From positions 21,133-85,132 of the forward strand of contig JBGVRC010000120.1 of the NCBI GenBank assembly GCA_045128055.1: a stretch of 64,000 nucleotides of DNA. Reading direction: 5' to 3'. The stretch comes from Candidatus Scatosoma sp. GTDB lineage: Bacteria; Bacillota; Clostridia; Christensenellales; Borkfalkiaceae. Each line of letters starts with the position of its first letter. The stretch's first letter is position 1. Below are positions 52,110 to 61,358 of the stretch, piece by piece. Below the pieces are notes generated by a model. It was not told the DNA's origin, did no database searches, and saw only the letters and a list, made by a program, of their open reading frames with translations. The translations under genes were made by a program, and so were the position numbers.

Positions 52110-52823
52110 TTAGTTACAGCCGACGCTTTCGCTTGCGTCCAAAGCGTCCGTTTTGCTTTGGAAGGAATACAAGTCGAACTCGCTGTCGATGTCAAATTCG
52201 TCCGCGGAGTCAAACGCGGCGAGCTTGGAAACGGACACTTCGTACGCCGTCATCGTCCGCATTTCCGTTTCCGACAGCTTTTTTTGGTATTCGCGGCTTT
52301 GGATACGGCCGGAAATGGCAATCTTGTCGCCGACGGCGAGATTTTTGACAAAGCGCGCGTTTCTCCCCCACGCGATACAGGGAATATAGTCGGATTTATT
52401 GTACGCGCGGTTGACCGCCACCAGCACGTCGGCAATTTCGCGGTTGAAAGGCGTGGTGCGGTAGACGGGCGGTTTGCAAATATACCCGCTGAGCAAAATG
52501 CTGTTGGGATTTTTATCGGGGAGCTCGGGTAAGAGCTCGCGTACGAAAACGGTGAGCATTAGCCGAGAACGCCCGTTTTCGATTTTGTTATAGCTGCGGA
52601 ATTGACCGAGCGCGCAAATGCTTTTGCCTTTTTCCAACATTCCGTCCTGGATAAGCCGTTCGGAAAGGGTGACGGGTAAGACGTCCGCTTGACCGGAAAG
52701 GCGCATTACGCGTACGAAAAATTCGTAAAACCCTTCCCCGTAAATTTCGTGGGAAAAGCTTGCGTCGCTGATAATTTCACCTGCGATAAAGACTTTGTTG
52801 TTTTTTTCTGTGACGTAGTTCAT
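52110..52823 (-). CDS. SSB-like protein with two OB-fold-like repeats and acidic tail
   Basis: 237 aa; two similar halves (VFIAGEI... / ILLSGYI...); acidic DSADEFDIDSEFDLYSF tail; GGAGG RBS. Confidence 0.5.
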   Translation of the reverse strand: MNYVTEKNNKVFIAGEIISDASFSHEIYGEGFYEFFVRVMRLSGQADVLPVTLSERLIQDGMLEKGKSICALGQFRSYNKIENGRSRLMLTVFVRELLPELPDKNPNSILLSGYICKPPVYRTTPFNREIADVLVAVNRAYNKSDYIPCIAWGRNARFVKNLAVGDKIAISGRIQSREYQKKLSETEMRTMTAYEVSVSKLAAFDSADEFDIDSEFDLYSFQSKTDALDASESVGCN

Positions 52824-52847
52824 ATATTTTTACCTCCGAGTAATTTT

Positions 52848-53642
52848 TTATCCGTTTTTGTGCTGTCTGCCGTTATGGTCGATATAGTAATCGTCCGTAT
52901 AAATCAATTCGCTGATGGGAACAAAGGTAAAACCGCGGTTTTTCAAGGTGGAAAATATCAAGGGCAGAGCCTTGGCGGTGTGTAGGCCGTTGTTATGGCA
53001 AAGAATAATCGAACCGTTTTTCGCGCTGTTGATAATCCGCATAGCGATCTCCGTTGCGGATAAATTTTTCCAGTCCAGCGAGTCCACGTCCCATTGAATC
53101 GGATACAAGCCCATTTCGCGGCAGGTGTCGATAAGTAGATTGTTATAATCCCCGTACGGGGGACGAAAAAGCGTAACCTTTTGCTTAGTGATTTCTTCAA
53201 TCGCTTTTTTGGAAGTAGTTAGCTCGTCTACGATTTGTTCTTTGGTTAGGGTACTCATATACGGATGGGTGCGGCTGTGCGTACCCATTTCGTGGCCGTT
53301 CGCTACGATTTTTTCTACGTATTCCGGGTATTTTTTCACCCAAAATTCCACGGCGAAAAAGGTGCAGCGCACGTCGTTTTGTTGCATAACGTTAAGTAGT
53401 TCGTCCGTGTGGTCCACTCCCCACGCGCAATCGAAGCTGATGGCGATTTTCTTTTCTTCTATTTCCACCGAATAAATGGGCAGAGAACGGCTTGAACTCG
53501 TACCTGCCCCCGTCGTTTGTGAATTCGGCGCAACCAAATTGACGCAATAGGCGATGACGTAAATCACGCTTAAAAGAGCGGCGAAAACGAGCGTGGACAT
53601 AACAAAAGCCGCTGAAAAACGGCGTCGGATTTGTTTGGGCAT
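52848..53642 (-). CDS. polysaccharide deacetylase (PdaB-like, sporulation type)
   Basis: 264 aa; NodB motifs FDCAWG, HSRTHP and RPPYG; N-terminal TM anchor. Confidence 0.85.
   Translation of the reverse strand: MPKQIRRRFSAAFVMSTLVFAALLSVIYVIAYCVNLVAPNSQTTGAGTSSSRSLPIYSVEIEEKKIAISFDCAWGVDHTDELLNVMQQNDVRCTFFAVEFWVKKYPEYVEKIVANGHEMGTHSRTHPYMSTLTKEQIVDELTTSKKAIEEITKQKVTLFRPPYGDYNNLLIDTCREMGLYPIQWDVDSLDWKNLSATEIAMRIINSAKNGSIILCHNNGLHTAKALPLIFSTLKNRGFTFVPISELIYTDDYYIDHNGRQHKNG
53492..53515 (-). repeat. dispersed motif M21 (G-run class)
   Basis: - strand reads CGACGGGGGCAGGTACGAGTTCAA; 14/15; sense in the deacetylase gene (TGAGTSS). Confidence 0.85.
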
Positions 53643-53883
53643 AGGACTTCTCCATTGTAAGGGAAATTGTTTGTCGAAATTTTACATTTTGCGGCGAAAA
53701 AGGGGTGGCTTTGTCAAAAACGTAGCCCCGCTTTTTCAAGGGGGACAAAATACTGTATTCCTGCTTTGCGCGGAATATGCCCGTCAAAAGCCGAAAAAGA
53801 AAAAATGTCTATAAACGGTTTACTTTTTGCGGGAAATCGTGTATAATATTAGGCACACTATACAAGGGAGCAGGCGAAACGAG

Positions 53884-54138
53884 ATGAGAATTTGGGCAAA
53901 GCTTATGACGGACGGGCATATTAAAAAGCAATACGTTTATGAAAACCCCGAACAGTTGACGTATTCTCATTTTTTCGAGTATTTGACGGAAATTTGTTAC
54001 GCGTTGGATATTCCCACCCCCGTGTTGACCAAGACGCATATCTTCAATTTTGCCAAATTTAATCACGTTAAGTTTGTAAAAAGCGATTTTGTGGAGAGCT
54101 TGGGTTACGGATTTTTGATGCTGGAAAACTTGTTTTAA
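53884..54138 (+). CDS. hypothetical small protein
   Basis: 84 aa from MRIWAKLM; a TGTATAAT -10 box at 53840-53847 places the TSS upstream of this ATG. Confidence 0.5.
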   Translation: MRIWAKLMTDGHIKKQYVYENPEQLTYSHFFEYLTEICYALDIPTPVLTKTHIFNFAKFNHVKFVKSDFVESLGYGFLMLENLF

Positions 54139-54173
54139 TACACGAAACGAAAACCCCTTACAAGGAGAAAATT

Positions 54174-54665
54174 ATGACGGCTTTGGAAAGAGATATTGTC
54201 AATATTTTGCAGGAAGACGCGCGTATATCACCTAAAAAAATCGCGGCGATTTTGTCCGTGGACGAAGCGGTGGTAAAAGCTTGCATTTCGGAGATGGAGC
54301 AAAACGGCGTATTGGTGAAATACACGGCGATCGTCAACAGCGAAAAGGCGGAAGACGCCATTGTGGAAGCGTTGATCGAAGTGAAGGTTACGCCCAAGAA
54401 AAAGGAAGGCTTTGACGGAATCGCCAAGCAAATCGCCGCGTTCCCCGAAGTAAAAGCGGTGTATTTGATGAGCGGCGCGTACGATTTGGCGGTGTTTATC
54501 GAAGACAAGACCTTGCAACAGGTCGCCCGCTTTGTTTCCGAACGAATTTCCACCTTTGACGGGGTGATTTCGACGGCGACGCACTTTATCTTGAAAAAGT
54601 ATAAAATCGAAGGTACGCGCACCTATCGCGACGACGAAGATTTCCGTTTGTCTGTGCAGGCGTAA
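54174..54665 (+). CDS. Lrp/AsnC family transcriptional regulator
   Basis: 163 aa; HTH (ARISPKKIAAILSVDEAVV) plus an AsnC-type ligand domain. Confidence 0.88.
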   Translation: MTALERDIVNILQEDARISPKKIAAILSVDEAVVKACISEMEQNGVLVKYTAIVNSEKAEDAIVEALIEVKVTPKKKEGFDGIAKQIAAFPEVKAVYLMSGAYDLAVFIEDKTLQQVARFVSERISTFDGVISTATHFILKKYKIEGTRTYRDDEDFRLSVQA

Positions 54666-54669
54666 CGCG

Positions 54670-54693
54670 TTCAACGCGTACCTGGTACGGTCA
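54670..54693 (-). repeat. dispersed motif M22 (GTACCTGGTAC class)
   Basis: + strand reads TTCAACGCGTACCTGGTACGGTCA; 15/15; 5 nt after the lrp/asnC stop. Confidence 0.9.
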
Positions 54694-54714
54694 TTTTGAC
54701 GAAAGGACACGATT

Positions 54715-55884
54715 ATGCGTGATTTTGTAAACAAAAAAACCAAGCTTATCCAGCCGAGCGGTATCCGAAAATTTTTCGATATCGTATCGAGCACGAAGGA
54801 CGCCATTTCTCTTGGTGTGGGCGAGCCTGATTTCGTCACGCCTTGGAAGGTGCGTTCGGCTGCGATAACGTCTTTGCAAAGGGGGTATACGCAATATACG
54901 GGCAACCGCGGTATCCCCGCTTTGTTGGAATTGATTTCTCGGTATCTTTCCGAGCGGTTTGGCTTGGAATACGACCCCAAACATATCCTTGTTACCGTGG
55001 GCGGCAGCGAAGCGATTGACTTGGCGCTCCGTGCGTGTGTGGAAAGCGGCGACGAAGTGCTTATCCCCGACCCTGCCTACGTGTCTTACTCCCCTTTGGT
55101 TGCTCTGGCGGACGGCTTGCCCGTGCATGTGGAATGTAAAGAAGAAGACAATTTTGTATTAAAGCCCGAATATTTGGAAAAGGTGATTACGCCAAAAACC
55201 AAGGCGATTATTCTCACCTATCCCAACAACCCCACGGGCGCGATTATGACAAAGGAAGAATTGCAAGCGATTGCGGAAGTGTTTATCCGTCACGATTTGC
55301 TTGTGATTACGGACGAAATCTACGCGGAGCTTACGTACGGGAAAAAGCACGCTTCGATTGCGGCTTTGCCCGGTATGAAAGAGCGTACGGTGTATATCAG
55401 CGGTTTTTCCAAGGCGTTTGCGATGACGGGTTGGCGGTTGGGCTACGTATGCGCGCCCAAGGAAATTGACGAAGCGATGTTTAAAATTCATCAATACGGG
55501 ATTATGTGCGCGCCGATTATGTCTCAGCACGCAGCGATGGAAGCGCTCCGCGACGGATTTTCCGACGGGTTTGCGACGGTGGAAGAAATGCGGGATTCGT
55601 ATAATAAACGCCGTAAATTCGTACTCCACTCTCTTTCGGAAATCGGAATGGACTGTTTTGAACCGCAGGGCGCGTTTTACGCCTTTCCGTCCGTGAAAAA
55701 GACGGGGATGAACGGCGAAGAGTTTGCCAACGGGTTGCTGGCGGCGCAAAAGGTGGCGGTTGTCCCCGGCAGCGCGTTTGGGGATTTTGGCAGCGACAAC
55801 GTCCGTCTTTCCTACGCGACGAGTATGACGGCTTTGTCCGAAGCGTTTGATAGAACGTCGGCTTTTTTACAGCAAAGCAAATAA
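54715..55884 (+). CDS. class I/II pyridoxal-phosphate aminotransferase
   Basis: 389 aa; SGFSKAFAMTGWRLGY PLP-lysine motif. Confidence 0.9.
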   Translation: MRDFVNKKTKLIQPSGIRKFFDIVSSTKDAISLGVGEPDFVTPWKVRSAAITSLQRGYTQYTGNRGIPALLELISRYLSERFGLEYDPKHILVTVGGSEAIDLALRACVESGDEVLIPDPAYVSYSPLVALADGLPVHVECKEEDNFVLKPEYLEKVITPKTKAIILTYPNNPTGAIMTKEELQAIAEVFIRHDLLVITDEIYAELTYGKKHASIAALPGMKERTVYISGFSKAFAMTGWRLGYVCAPKEIDEAMFKIHQYGIMCAPIMSQHAAMEALRDGFSDGFATVEEMRDSYNKRRKFVLHSLSEIGMDCFEPQGAFYAFPSVKKTGMNGEEFANGLLAAQKVAVVPGSAFGDFGSDNVRLSYATSMTALSEAFDRTSAFLQQSK

Positions 55885-55981
55885 GCGGGCGTGTAAGGCT
55901 TTTTAAAGAGAAAAATCGACAAAAAAAACACCCGTAAATGGGGAAAACGGGTGAAAATCTTTTGAAAACTTATAAAAAACA

Positions 55982-56010
55982 TTGACAAAATGTAAAAAAT
56001 GATATATAAT
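55982..56010 (+). promoter_or_regulatory. sigma-A-type promoter of greA
   Basis: TTGACA (55982-55987), 17 nt spacer, TATAAT (56005-56010). Confidence 0.6.
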
Positions 56011-56026
56011 AAGGAACGTAAATCAA

Positions 56027-56088
56027 ACCGTGGCTCTTGGGAAAAAGAGTCACGGTAATTTTAACGTCCCGCGAAAAGGCGGTTTTTT
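56027..56088 (+). promoter_or_regulatory. greA leader: 12-bp hairpin plus short GC hairpin with T6
   Basis: ACCGTGGCTCTT / AAGAGTCACGGT; then CCGC-GAAAAG-GCGG followed by TTTTTT. Confidence 0.45.
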
Positions 56089-56165
56089 CACGCACTTTTT
56101 TACCCCAAACGGGTGAAAAGTGAAGAAATTTCCTTAAAAACAGCTTGCGGGATAGGAGGAATCAA

Positions 56166-56636
56166 ATGGCAGAACAGCAATTTATTATGACACAAAAAGG
56201 CTACGACGAAGCGTTGGAACGTTTGAGATATTTGCAAACGGAAAAGCGTCAAGAAATCGTAGAACGTATTTCTGAAGCAAGAAGCCACGGCGACTTATCG
56301 GAAAATGCGGAGTATGACGCGGCGCGTAATGAACAAGCGGCAAACGAAGGCGAAATCGCTGAATTGGATTACAAAATCAAAAATGCCGTTATTACCGACG
56401 TGAGCACGGATACTTCGTTTGTGCATATTGGTTCGAAAGTAAAAGTATACGACGAAGAAATGGATGAAGAAGAAGTATACGAAATTACGGGTACGATGGA
56501 AGCAAAACCTATGGAAAACAAAATTTCCAACGAATCCCCCGTTGGCGCGGCTTTGTTGAAGCACAAAGTAGGCGAATCGGTGAAGGTAGTTGCTCCCGAC
56601 GGTGAATACAGACTCGTTATCAAAGAAATTTTCTAA
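56166..56636 (+). CDS. greA: transcription elongation factor GreA
   Basis: Start MAEQQFIMTQKGY after AGGAGG; SENAEYDAA signature. Confidence 0.93.
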   Translation: MAEQQFIMTQKGYDEALERLRYLQTEKRQEIVERISEARSHGDLSENAEYDAARNEQAANEGEIAELDYKIKNAVITDVSTDTSFVHIGSKVKVYDEEMDEEEVYEITGTMEAKPMENKISNESPVGAALLKHKVGESVKVVAPDGEYRLVIKEIF

Positions 56637-56731
56637 AAAATTTACGAAACGGAGCGGATTAAAGGCTTAAAAAAGCTTGGATTGTAAGAAAAAACGCTTC
56701 GTAAAGAGAAAGATAAAAACGGAGATTGATT

Positions 56732-58243
56732 ATGCAAGAAAATAAAGGGATGAACAACGCGGTTGTTTCGGAAGAAGAACAGCTTATTGAACAGGCAAGA
56801 ATCCGTCGCGAAAAGCTCGCGAAGCTTGTTTCGGAAGGCAAAAACCCCTATGAACAAGTCAAATACGAAGTAAACGCGGATTCGGCGTCCATTAAAGAAA
56901 ACTTCGAAGCGTACGAAGGTAAAACGGTATCCATGGCAGGGCGTATGATGTCCCGCCGTATTATGGGTAAGGCTTCGTTTTCGCATATCGCGGACAGAAC
57001 GGGATCTATCCAAATTTACGTAACCCGTCAAGACATCGGGGAAGAAAACTACGCTTCCTATAAAAAGGATTACGACATCGGCGATATTTTCGGTTTTAAG
57101 GGCTTTGTGTTTAAAACGCAAACGGGCGAAGTTTCCGTACACGTAACGGAAATTATTTTGCTTTCCAAATCCTTGTTGCCCTTGCCTGAAAAATACAACG
57201 GCTTGCAAGATAAGGATATGAAATACCGTCTTCGTCACTTGGATTTGATTATGAACAAGGACGTACAGGATACCTTCCGCAAGCGTTCGCAAATTTTGAA
57301 AGAGATCCGCGCGTACCTTGACGGCAGGGGGTATTTGGAAGTGGACACCCCCACCCTTCTCACCATGGAAATAGGCGCGGACGCAAGACCTTTCAAAACC
57401 CACCACAACGCTTTGGATTTGGATATGTATATGCGTGTGGAAACGGAGCTTTGCTTGAAGAGATTGATTGTCGGCGGTTTGGATAAGGTATACGAAGTAG
57501 GCCGTATTTTCCGTAACGAAGGTATGGACGCGTACCACAACCCCGAATTTACCACCATCGAAATGTACGAAGCGTACACCGATTATATCGGTATGATGGA
57601 TATGATTGAAGATATGTACAAAACCGTTACCTTAAAGGTTTGCGGTACGTTGGACATTTCCTATCAAGGCACGGAAATCCACATGGGCGACTGGACGAGA
57701 TTGACTATGGCGGAAGCGGTGAAAAAATACGCTGGCGTAGATTATAACGATTGGGCAACCGACGAAGACGCGCGCGCTGCGGCGAAAGCGCTCGGTGTGG
57801 AATTAGAACACGAAAACGCAACCAAGGGCTGGGTGCTTATCGAGCTTTTCGACGCGTTTGTAGAAGACAAGCTCATTCAACCCACCGTCATCTACGATTA
57901 TCCCGTAGAAAACTCGCCTTTGGCAAAGCGTAAGCCTTCCAACCCCGCGTTTACCGAACGTTTCGAATACTTCATTTGCGGACACGAATACGGCAACGCT
58001 TTCTCGGAATTGAACGACCCCATCGACCAAAAACAACGTATGGTAAAACAAATCGAAGCAAAGCGCGCAAAGGGCAACAACGAAGCGCAGCTTGACGAAG
58101 ATTTCCTTAACGCTTTGGAATACGGTTTGCCCCCCACAGGCGGTTTGGGCATGGGTTTAGATCGTTTCGTAATGTTGCTTACGGACAGCTCTACTATCCG
58201 CGACGTCATCTTGTTCCCGACGATGAAGCCCAAAAAGGCATAA
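56732..58243 (+). CDS. lysS: lysine--tRNA ligase (class II)
   Basis: About 503 aa; class II motifs (FRNEGMD..HNPEFT, GGLGMGLDR); greA-lysS linkage as in Bacillota. Confidence 0.96.
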   Translation: MQENKGMNNAVVSEEEQLIEQARIRREKLAKLVSEGKNPYEQVKYEVNADSASIKENFEAYEGKTVSMAGRMMSRRIMGKASFSHIADRTGSIQIYVTRQDIGEENYASYKKDYDIGDIFGFKGFVFKTQTGEVSVHVTEIILLSKSLLPLPEKYNGLQDKDMKYRLRHLDLIMNKDVQDTFRKRSQILKEIRAYLDGRGYLEVDTPTLLTMEIGADARPFKTHHNALDLDMYMRVETELCLKRLIVGGLDKVYEVGRIFRNEGMDAYHNPEFTTIEMYEAYTDYIGMMDMIEDMYKTVTLKVCGTLDISYQGTEIHMGDWTRLTMAEAVKKYAGVDYNDWATDEDARAAAKALGVELEHENATKGWVLIELFDAFVEDKLIQPTVIYDYPVENSPLAKRKPSNPAFTERFEYFICGHEYGNAFSELNDPIDQKQRMVKQIEAKRAKGNNEAQLDEDFLNALEYGLPPTGGLGMGLDRFVMLLTDSSTIRDVILFPTMKPKKA

Positions 58244-58307
58244 AAACGATTTTTTCGTATAAGCCAAGCATTTATACGGAGCTTTTTCGTATAAATCGGA
58301 GAAAATT

Positions 58308-59339
58308 ATGGATGCAAAAATTACCAAAATCAGAATATCGAGAATGCTCTCGTACGATTGGCTGAAAATCGTGCTTGCGTCGTTGGCAGCGATTCTCGTT
58401 TGGGCGCTTGTCTTTTCAATGACGGCTACGCGCATTACGCCCGCGCAACAATTTAGCGTATTTAACTACACGGGGAATACTTCGTTTGCGTTGACGGATT
58501 TTAACAATTTGTACAACAAAGCGTTTGAAGACAAGATATTTTCGTATGAAGTAATCGAATTGACGCAAAACGATTTGGCGGCGAACAAAGAATACGCGGG
58601 AACGCTGATGGAAGCGAGAACGGCGGTGGAAGAAGGCGACGTTATTTTCGTTGCGGATATCGATAACCCCGACACGGCGCAAAAGGATGAAAACGGCGAA
58701 ATTATCGGCTATGAAAGAACGTACGTCGAATCCTTGCTTTGGGGGTATTACGCATATTTATACGACTTAAATCCCGAAAAGGAAGGCAGCTTCTTTTATA
58801 AAATGGAAGCGTATTTAGACGGGTTTTACACGGAAGGCTGGGAAAAGGCAGACAGTCTTGACGAAGAAAAGGTAAAGACGGAGTTTCGCGCTCGTGTCAA
58901 AAATGATAAACGCTTCAAGACGGAAGCGCAGTTGCTTCAAGGCGAAAAGGACGATATTGCGCGTATTGAAAAATACCGCGACGCGTTGGAACAATTTTAC
59001 GCTTGGTTAGACGAAGGGATTATCAGCTTCGCTACCACCACGCTGACGGACGGGGAATACACCATAGAAGGTACGTACACAATCAATCTTTGCCCTGACG
59101 AAAGCAAGATGGGCGGTTTGAAAAAATACGTTGCGTATTATGAAGAAGTAATCGAAAATGCGGACGCCGCAACGGGCGAAGAAGGGAAAACGCATTACGT
59201 TCAGACGGCGAAAGATATGAGCGTAGCCTTTTTCATGTTTGATGGCGTGGAAGACGGCTTCCAGTACGAAAGCTTGCTTTTTGTCAATTATTTGATTGAA
59301 AATGCGTTGATTGAAACGGAAAATATAGCGAAGAACTAA
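58308..59339 (+). CDS. hypothetical membrane-anchored protein
   Basis: 343 aa; one N-terminal TM and an acidic extracytoplasmic domain; good RBS. Confidence 0.6.
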   Translation: MDAKITKIRISRMLSYDWLKIVLASLAAILVWALVFSMTATRITPAQQFSVFNYTGNTSFALTDFNNLYNKAFEDKIFSYEVIELTQNDLAANKEYAGTLMEARTAVEEGDVIFVADIDNPDTAQKDENGEIIGYERTYVESLLWGYYAYLYDLNPEKEGSFFYKMEAYLDGFYTEGWEKADSLDEEKVKTEFRARVKNDKRFKTEAQLLQGEKDDIARIEKYRDALEQFYAWLDEGIISFATTTLTDGEYTIEGTYTINLCPDESKMGGLKKYVAYYEEVIENADAATGEEGKTHYVQTAKDMSVAFFMFDGVEDGFQYESLLFVNYLIENALIETENIAKN

Positions 59340-59390
59340 CGAAAAGAAACGGTTTAACCGTTTCTTTCCTTATTAAACGGGAAAAAGAGT

Positions 59391-60716
59391 ATGTTGCGTG
59401 AGATTTTAACGAAAAAAGAAATTTTAAAAAATTGCAAAATTTTTCGGATGCTTGCTACGCAAGCGGAAAAGGAACACGCGTCTTTTCACACGCCCGGGCA
59501 TAAGGTACACGGCTTTGACATCACCGAGCTGTCCTATTCGGACAATCTTTCCAGTCCCAAGGGCTGCATTTTGGAAGCGGAAAGGGACGTAGCGGAAATT
59601 CTTGGCGCGCGCAGAAGTTTTCTTTTGACGGACGGCAGCACTTGCGGTATTTTGTCTATGCTGTACGCGGCAAAGCAGCTCGGTGCGAAAAATATCGCCT
59701 TTTGCGAAAGCACCCATAAAAGTGTTTTCAACGGTTGCGCGGCGCTGGGCTTGACCCCGCTTGTCTATACGTCGTCAAAACGGGAAGAAATCCCGTTTGC
59801 CCCTACCATGTCCGTGTTGAGCGAGAAAAATGGTGACATTTTTGCCGCAGCGGACGCGATTTTATTTACGTCGCCCGACTATTACGGAAACGTAGCCGAT
59901 TTGCGCGGCGCAAGGGAATTTTGCGACAAGAACGGTAAAATTTTGCTTGTGGACGGCGCGCACGGCGGGCATTTACATTTTGAAAAGGAACTGCACGCGG
60001 GTAGCTATGCGGATATGTGGGTGGACGGCGTGCATAAGAGCCTGCCTGCTTTGACGCAGGGCGCGATCGTATCGGCAAAAAGCGAAAAATTTGCCCAAGC
60101 CTTGCAAAAGGGCGTGGATATTTTTCGCACCACCAGCCCGTCTTATCCGATTATGGCGTCTGTGGAATACGCGGTGAAATATCCCCGTAAAGTTACCTTG
60201 GAAAAACGAGTAAACTTGTTTAAAAAGAGATACGCGCGTATTTATCAAAACGACGATTGGACAAAGCTTTGCGCGCGGTTTGGTAAGCACGCCTTTCAAG
60301 TGGAAAAAATCTTGGAAGAAGAAGGGATTTTTGCGGAGTTTTGCGACGGGAACGTATTGATGTTTTATTTATCCCCTGCGACGAGAATGCAGGATTTTGA
60401 TAGATTAAAAACCCGTTTGACCGAGCTGTTTGTTCAATTCCCCGATTATGAGCCCAAAAAGAGCAAAAAAGAGAATGAACTCGACCCTGCCCCCCTTGTT
60501 TTTGATAAAAATGCGGAAACGGAGTGGGTGGATATGGACGGAGCGGAAGGCAGAATTTGCGCGAATAACTGCGGGTTGTTTCCCCCGTGTACGCCGCTCA
60601 TTTTGCAGGGCGAAAGGATAGAAAAAGAAAAGCTGCGGCTAATGCGGCAGGCGAACAACCTATTCGGTGTTCAAGACGGCAAAATTTTGGTGTTAAAAAA
60701 CAAGGATAAGGAATAA
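59391..60716 (+). CDS. Orn/Lys/Arg decarboxylase-family PLP enzyme (YaaO-like)
   Basis: 441 aa; HTPGHK start region and VDGVHKSLPALTQGA PLP-lysine motif; upstream of tmk as yaaO is in B. subtilis. Confidence 0.8.
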   Translation: MLREILTKKEILKNCKIFRMLATQAEKEHASFHTPGHKVHGFDITELSYSDNLSSPKGCILEAERDVAEILGARRSFLLTDGSTCGILSMLYAAKQLGAKNIAFCESTHKSVFNGCAALGLTPLVYTSSKREEIPFAPTMSVLSEKNGDIFAAADAILFTSPDYYGNVADLRGAREFCDKNGKILLVDGAHGGHLHFEKELHAGSYADMWVDGVHKSLPALTQGAIVSAKSEKFAQALQKGVDIFRTTSPSYPIMASVEYAVKYPRKVTLEKRVNLFKKRYARIYQNDDWTKLCARFGKHAFQVEKILEEEGIFAEFCDGNVLMFYLSPATRMQDFDRLKTRLTELFVQFPDYEPKKSKKENELDPAPLVFDKNAETEWVDMDGAEGRICANNCGLFPPCTPLILQGERIEKEKLRLMRQANNLFGVQDGKILVLKNKDKE

Positions 60717-60719
60717 ATT

Positions 60720-61349
60720 ATGGAAAAACGCGGAAAATTTATTACTTTTGAAGGTTGCGAAGGTTGTGGAAAGAGCACGCAGGTGCGCCTTTTTAATGAA
60801 TATTTGGCAAAGAAAGGCATACCGCACATTTTCACGCGTGAGCCCGGCGGGGAAAAGATTTCGGAAGAAATCCGCCGCATTTTACTCGACGCGAATAACG
60901 CGGAAATGACAAGCGAATGCGAAGCCTTGCTTTACGCCGCTTCGCGCGTACAGCATTTAAACGATAGAGTAGAGCCTGCATTGGCGGCTGGGAAGATAGT
61001 CGTTTGCGACAGATACGTCGATTCTTCGCTCGCCTACCAAGGCTATGGCCGTGGGCTTGGCGTGGAGTTTGTCAGCGGCGTAAACGCGTACGCTTTGCAA
61101 AACTATATGCCCGACGTGACGATTTTTATCGATCTTTCCCCCGAAGCGGCGTTTAAAAGAAAGCACGGCGCGGACGAAAACGATAGACTGGAACAGGCGG
61201 GAATGCCCTTCCATCAAAGGGTTTACGACGGGTTTAAGAAGCTTGCGGCGGCGTACCCGAATCGTTACGTCTGCGTAGACGGCAATCAAACGCCTGATGA
61301 AATTTTTGCGGAAGTTTTGGCGGTTTTACAGGAAAGAAACTGCTTATAA
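60720..61349 (+). CDS. tmk: thymidylate kinase
   Basis: 209 aa; FEGCEGCGKST P-loop and DRY motif. Confidence 0.95.
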   Translation: MEKRGKFITFEGCEGCGKSTQVRLFNEYLAKKGIPHIFTREPGGEKISEEIRRILLDANNAEMTSECEALLYAASRVQHLNDRVEPALAAGKIVVCDRYVDSSLAYQGYGRGLGVEFVSGVNAYALQNYMPDVTIFIDLSPEAAFKRKHGADENDRLEQAGMPFHQRVYDGFKKLAAAYPNRYVCVDGNQTPDEIFAEVLAVLQERNCL

Positions 61350-61358
61350 AGGATAGAT

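Noticed and set aside
53151-53166. CCCCGTACGGGGG as another motif copy (also GGGGGTACGC in clpX near 37117)
   Set aside because: Both encode strongly conserved catalytic peptides (RPPYG of NodB deacetylases, PPQGGRKHP of ClpX) and lack the GCGWTSAA half, so they are most simply chance resemblance.
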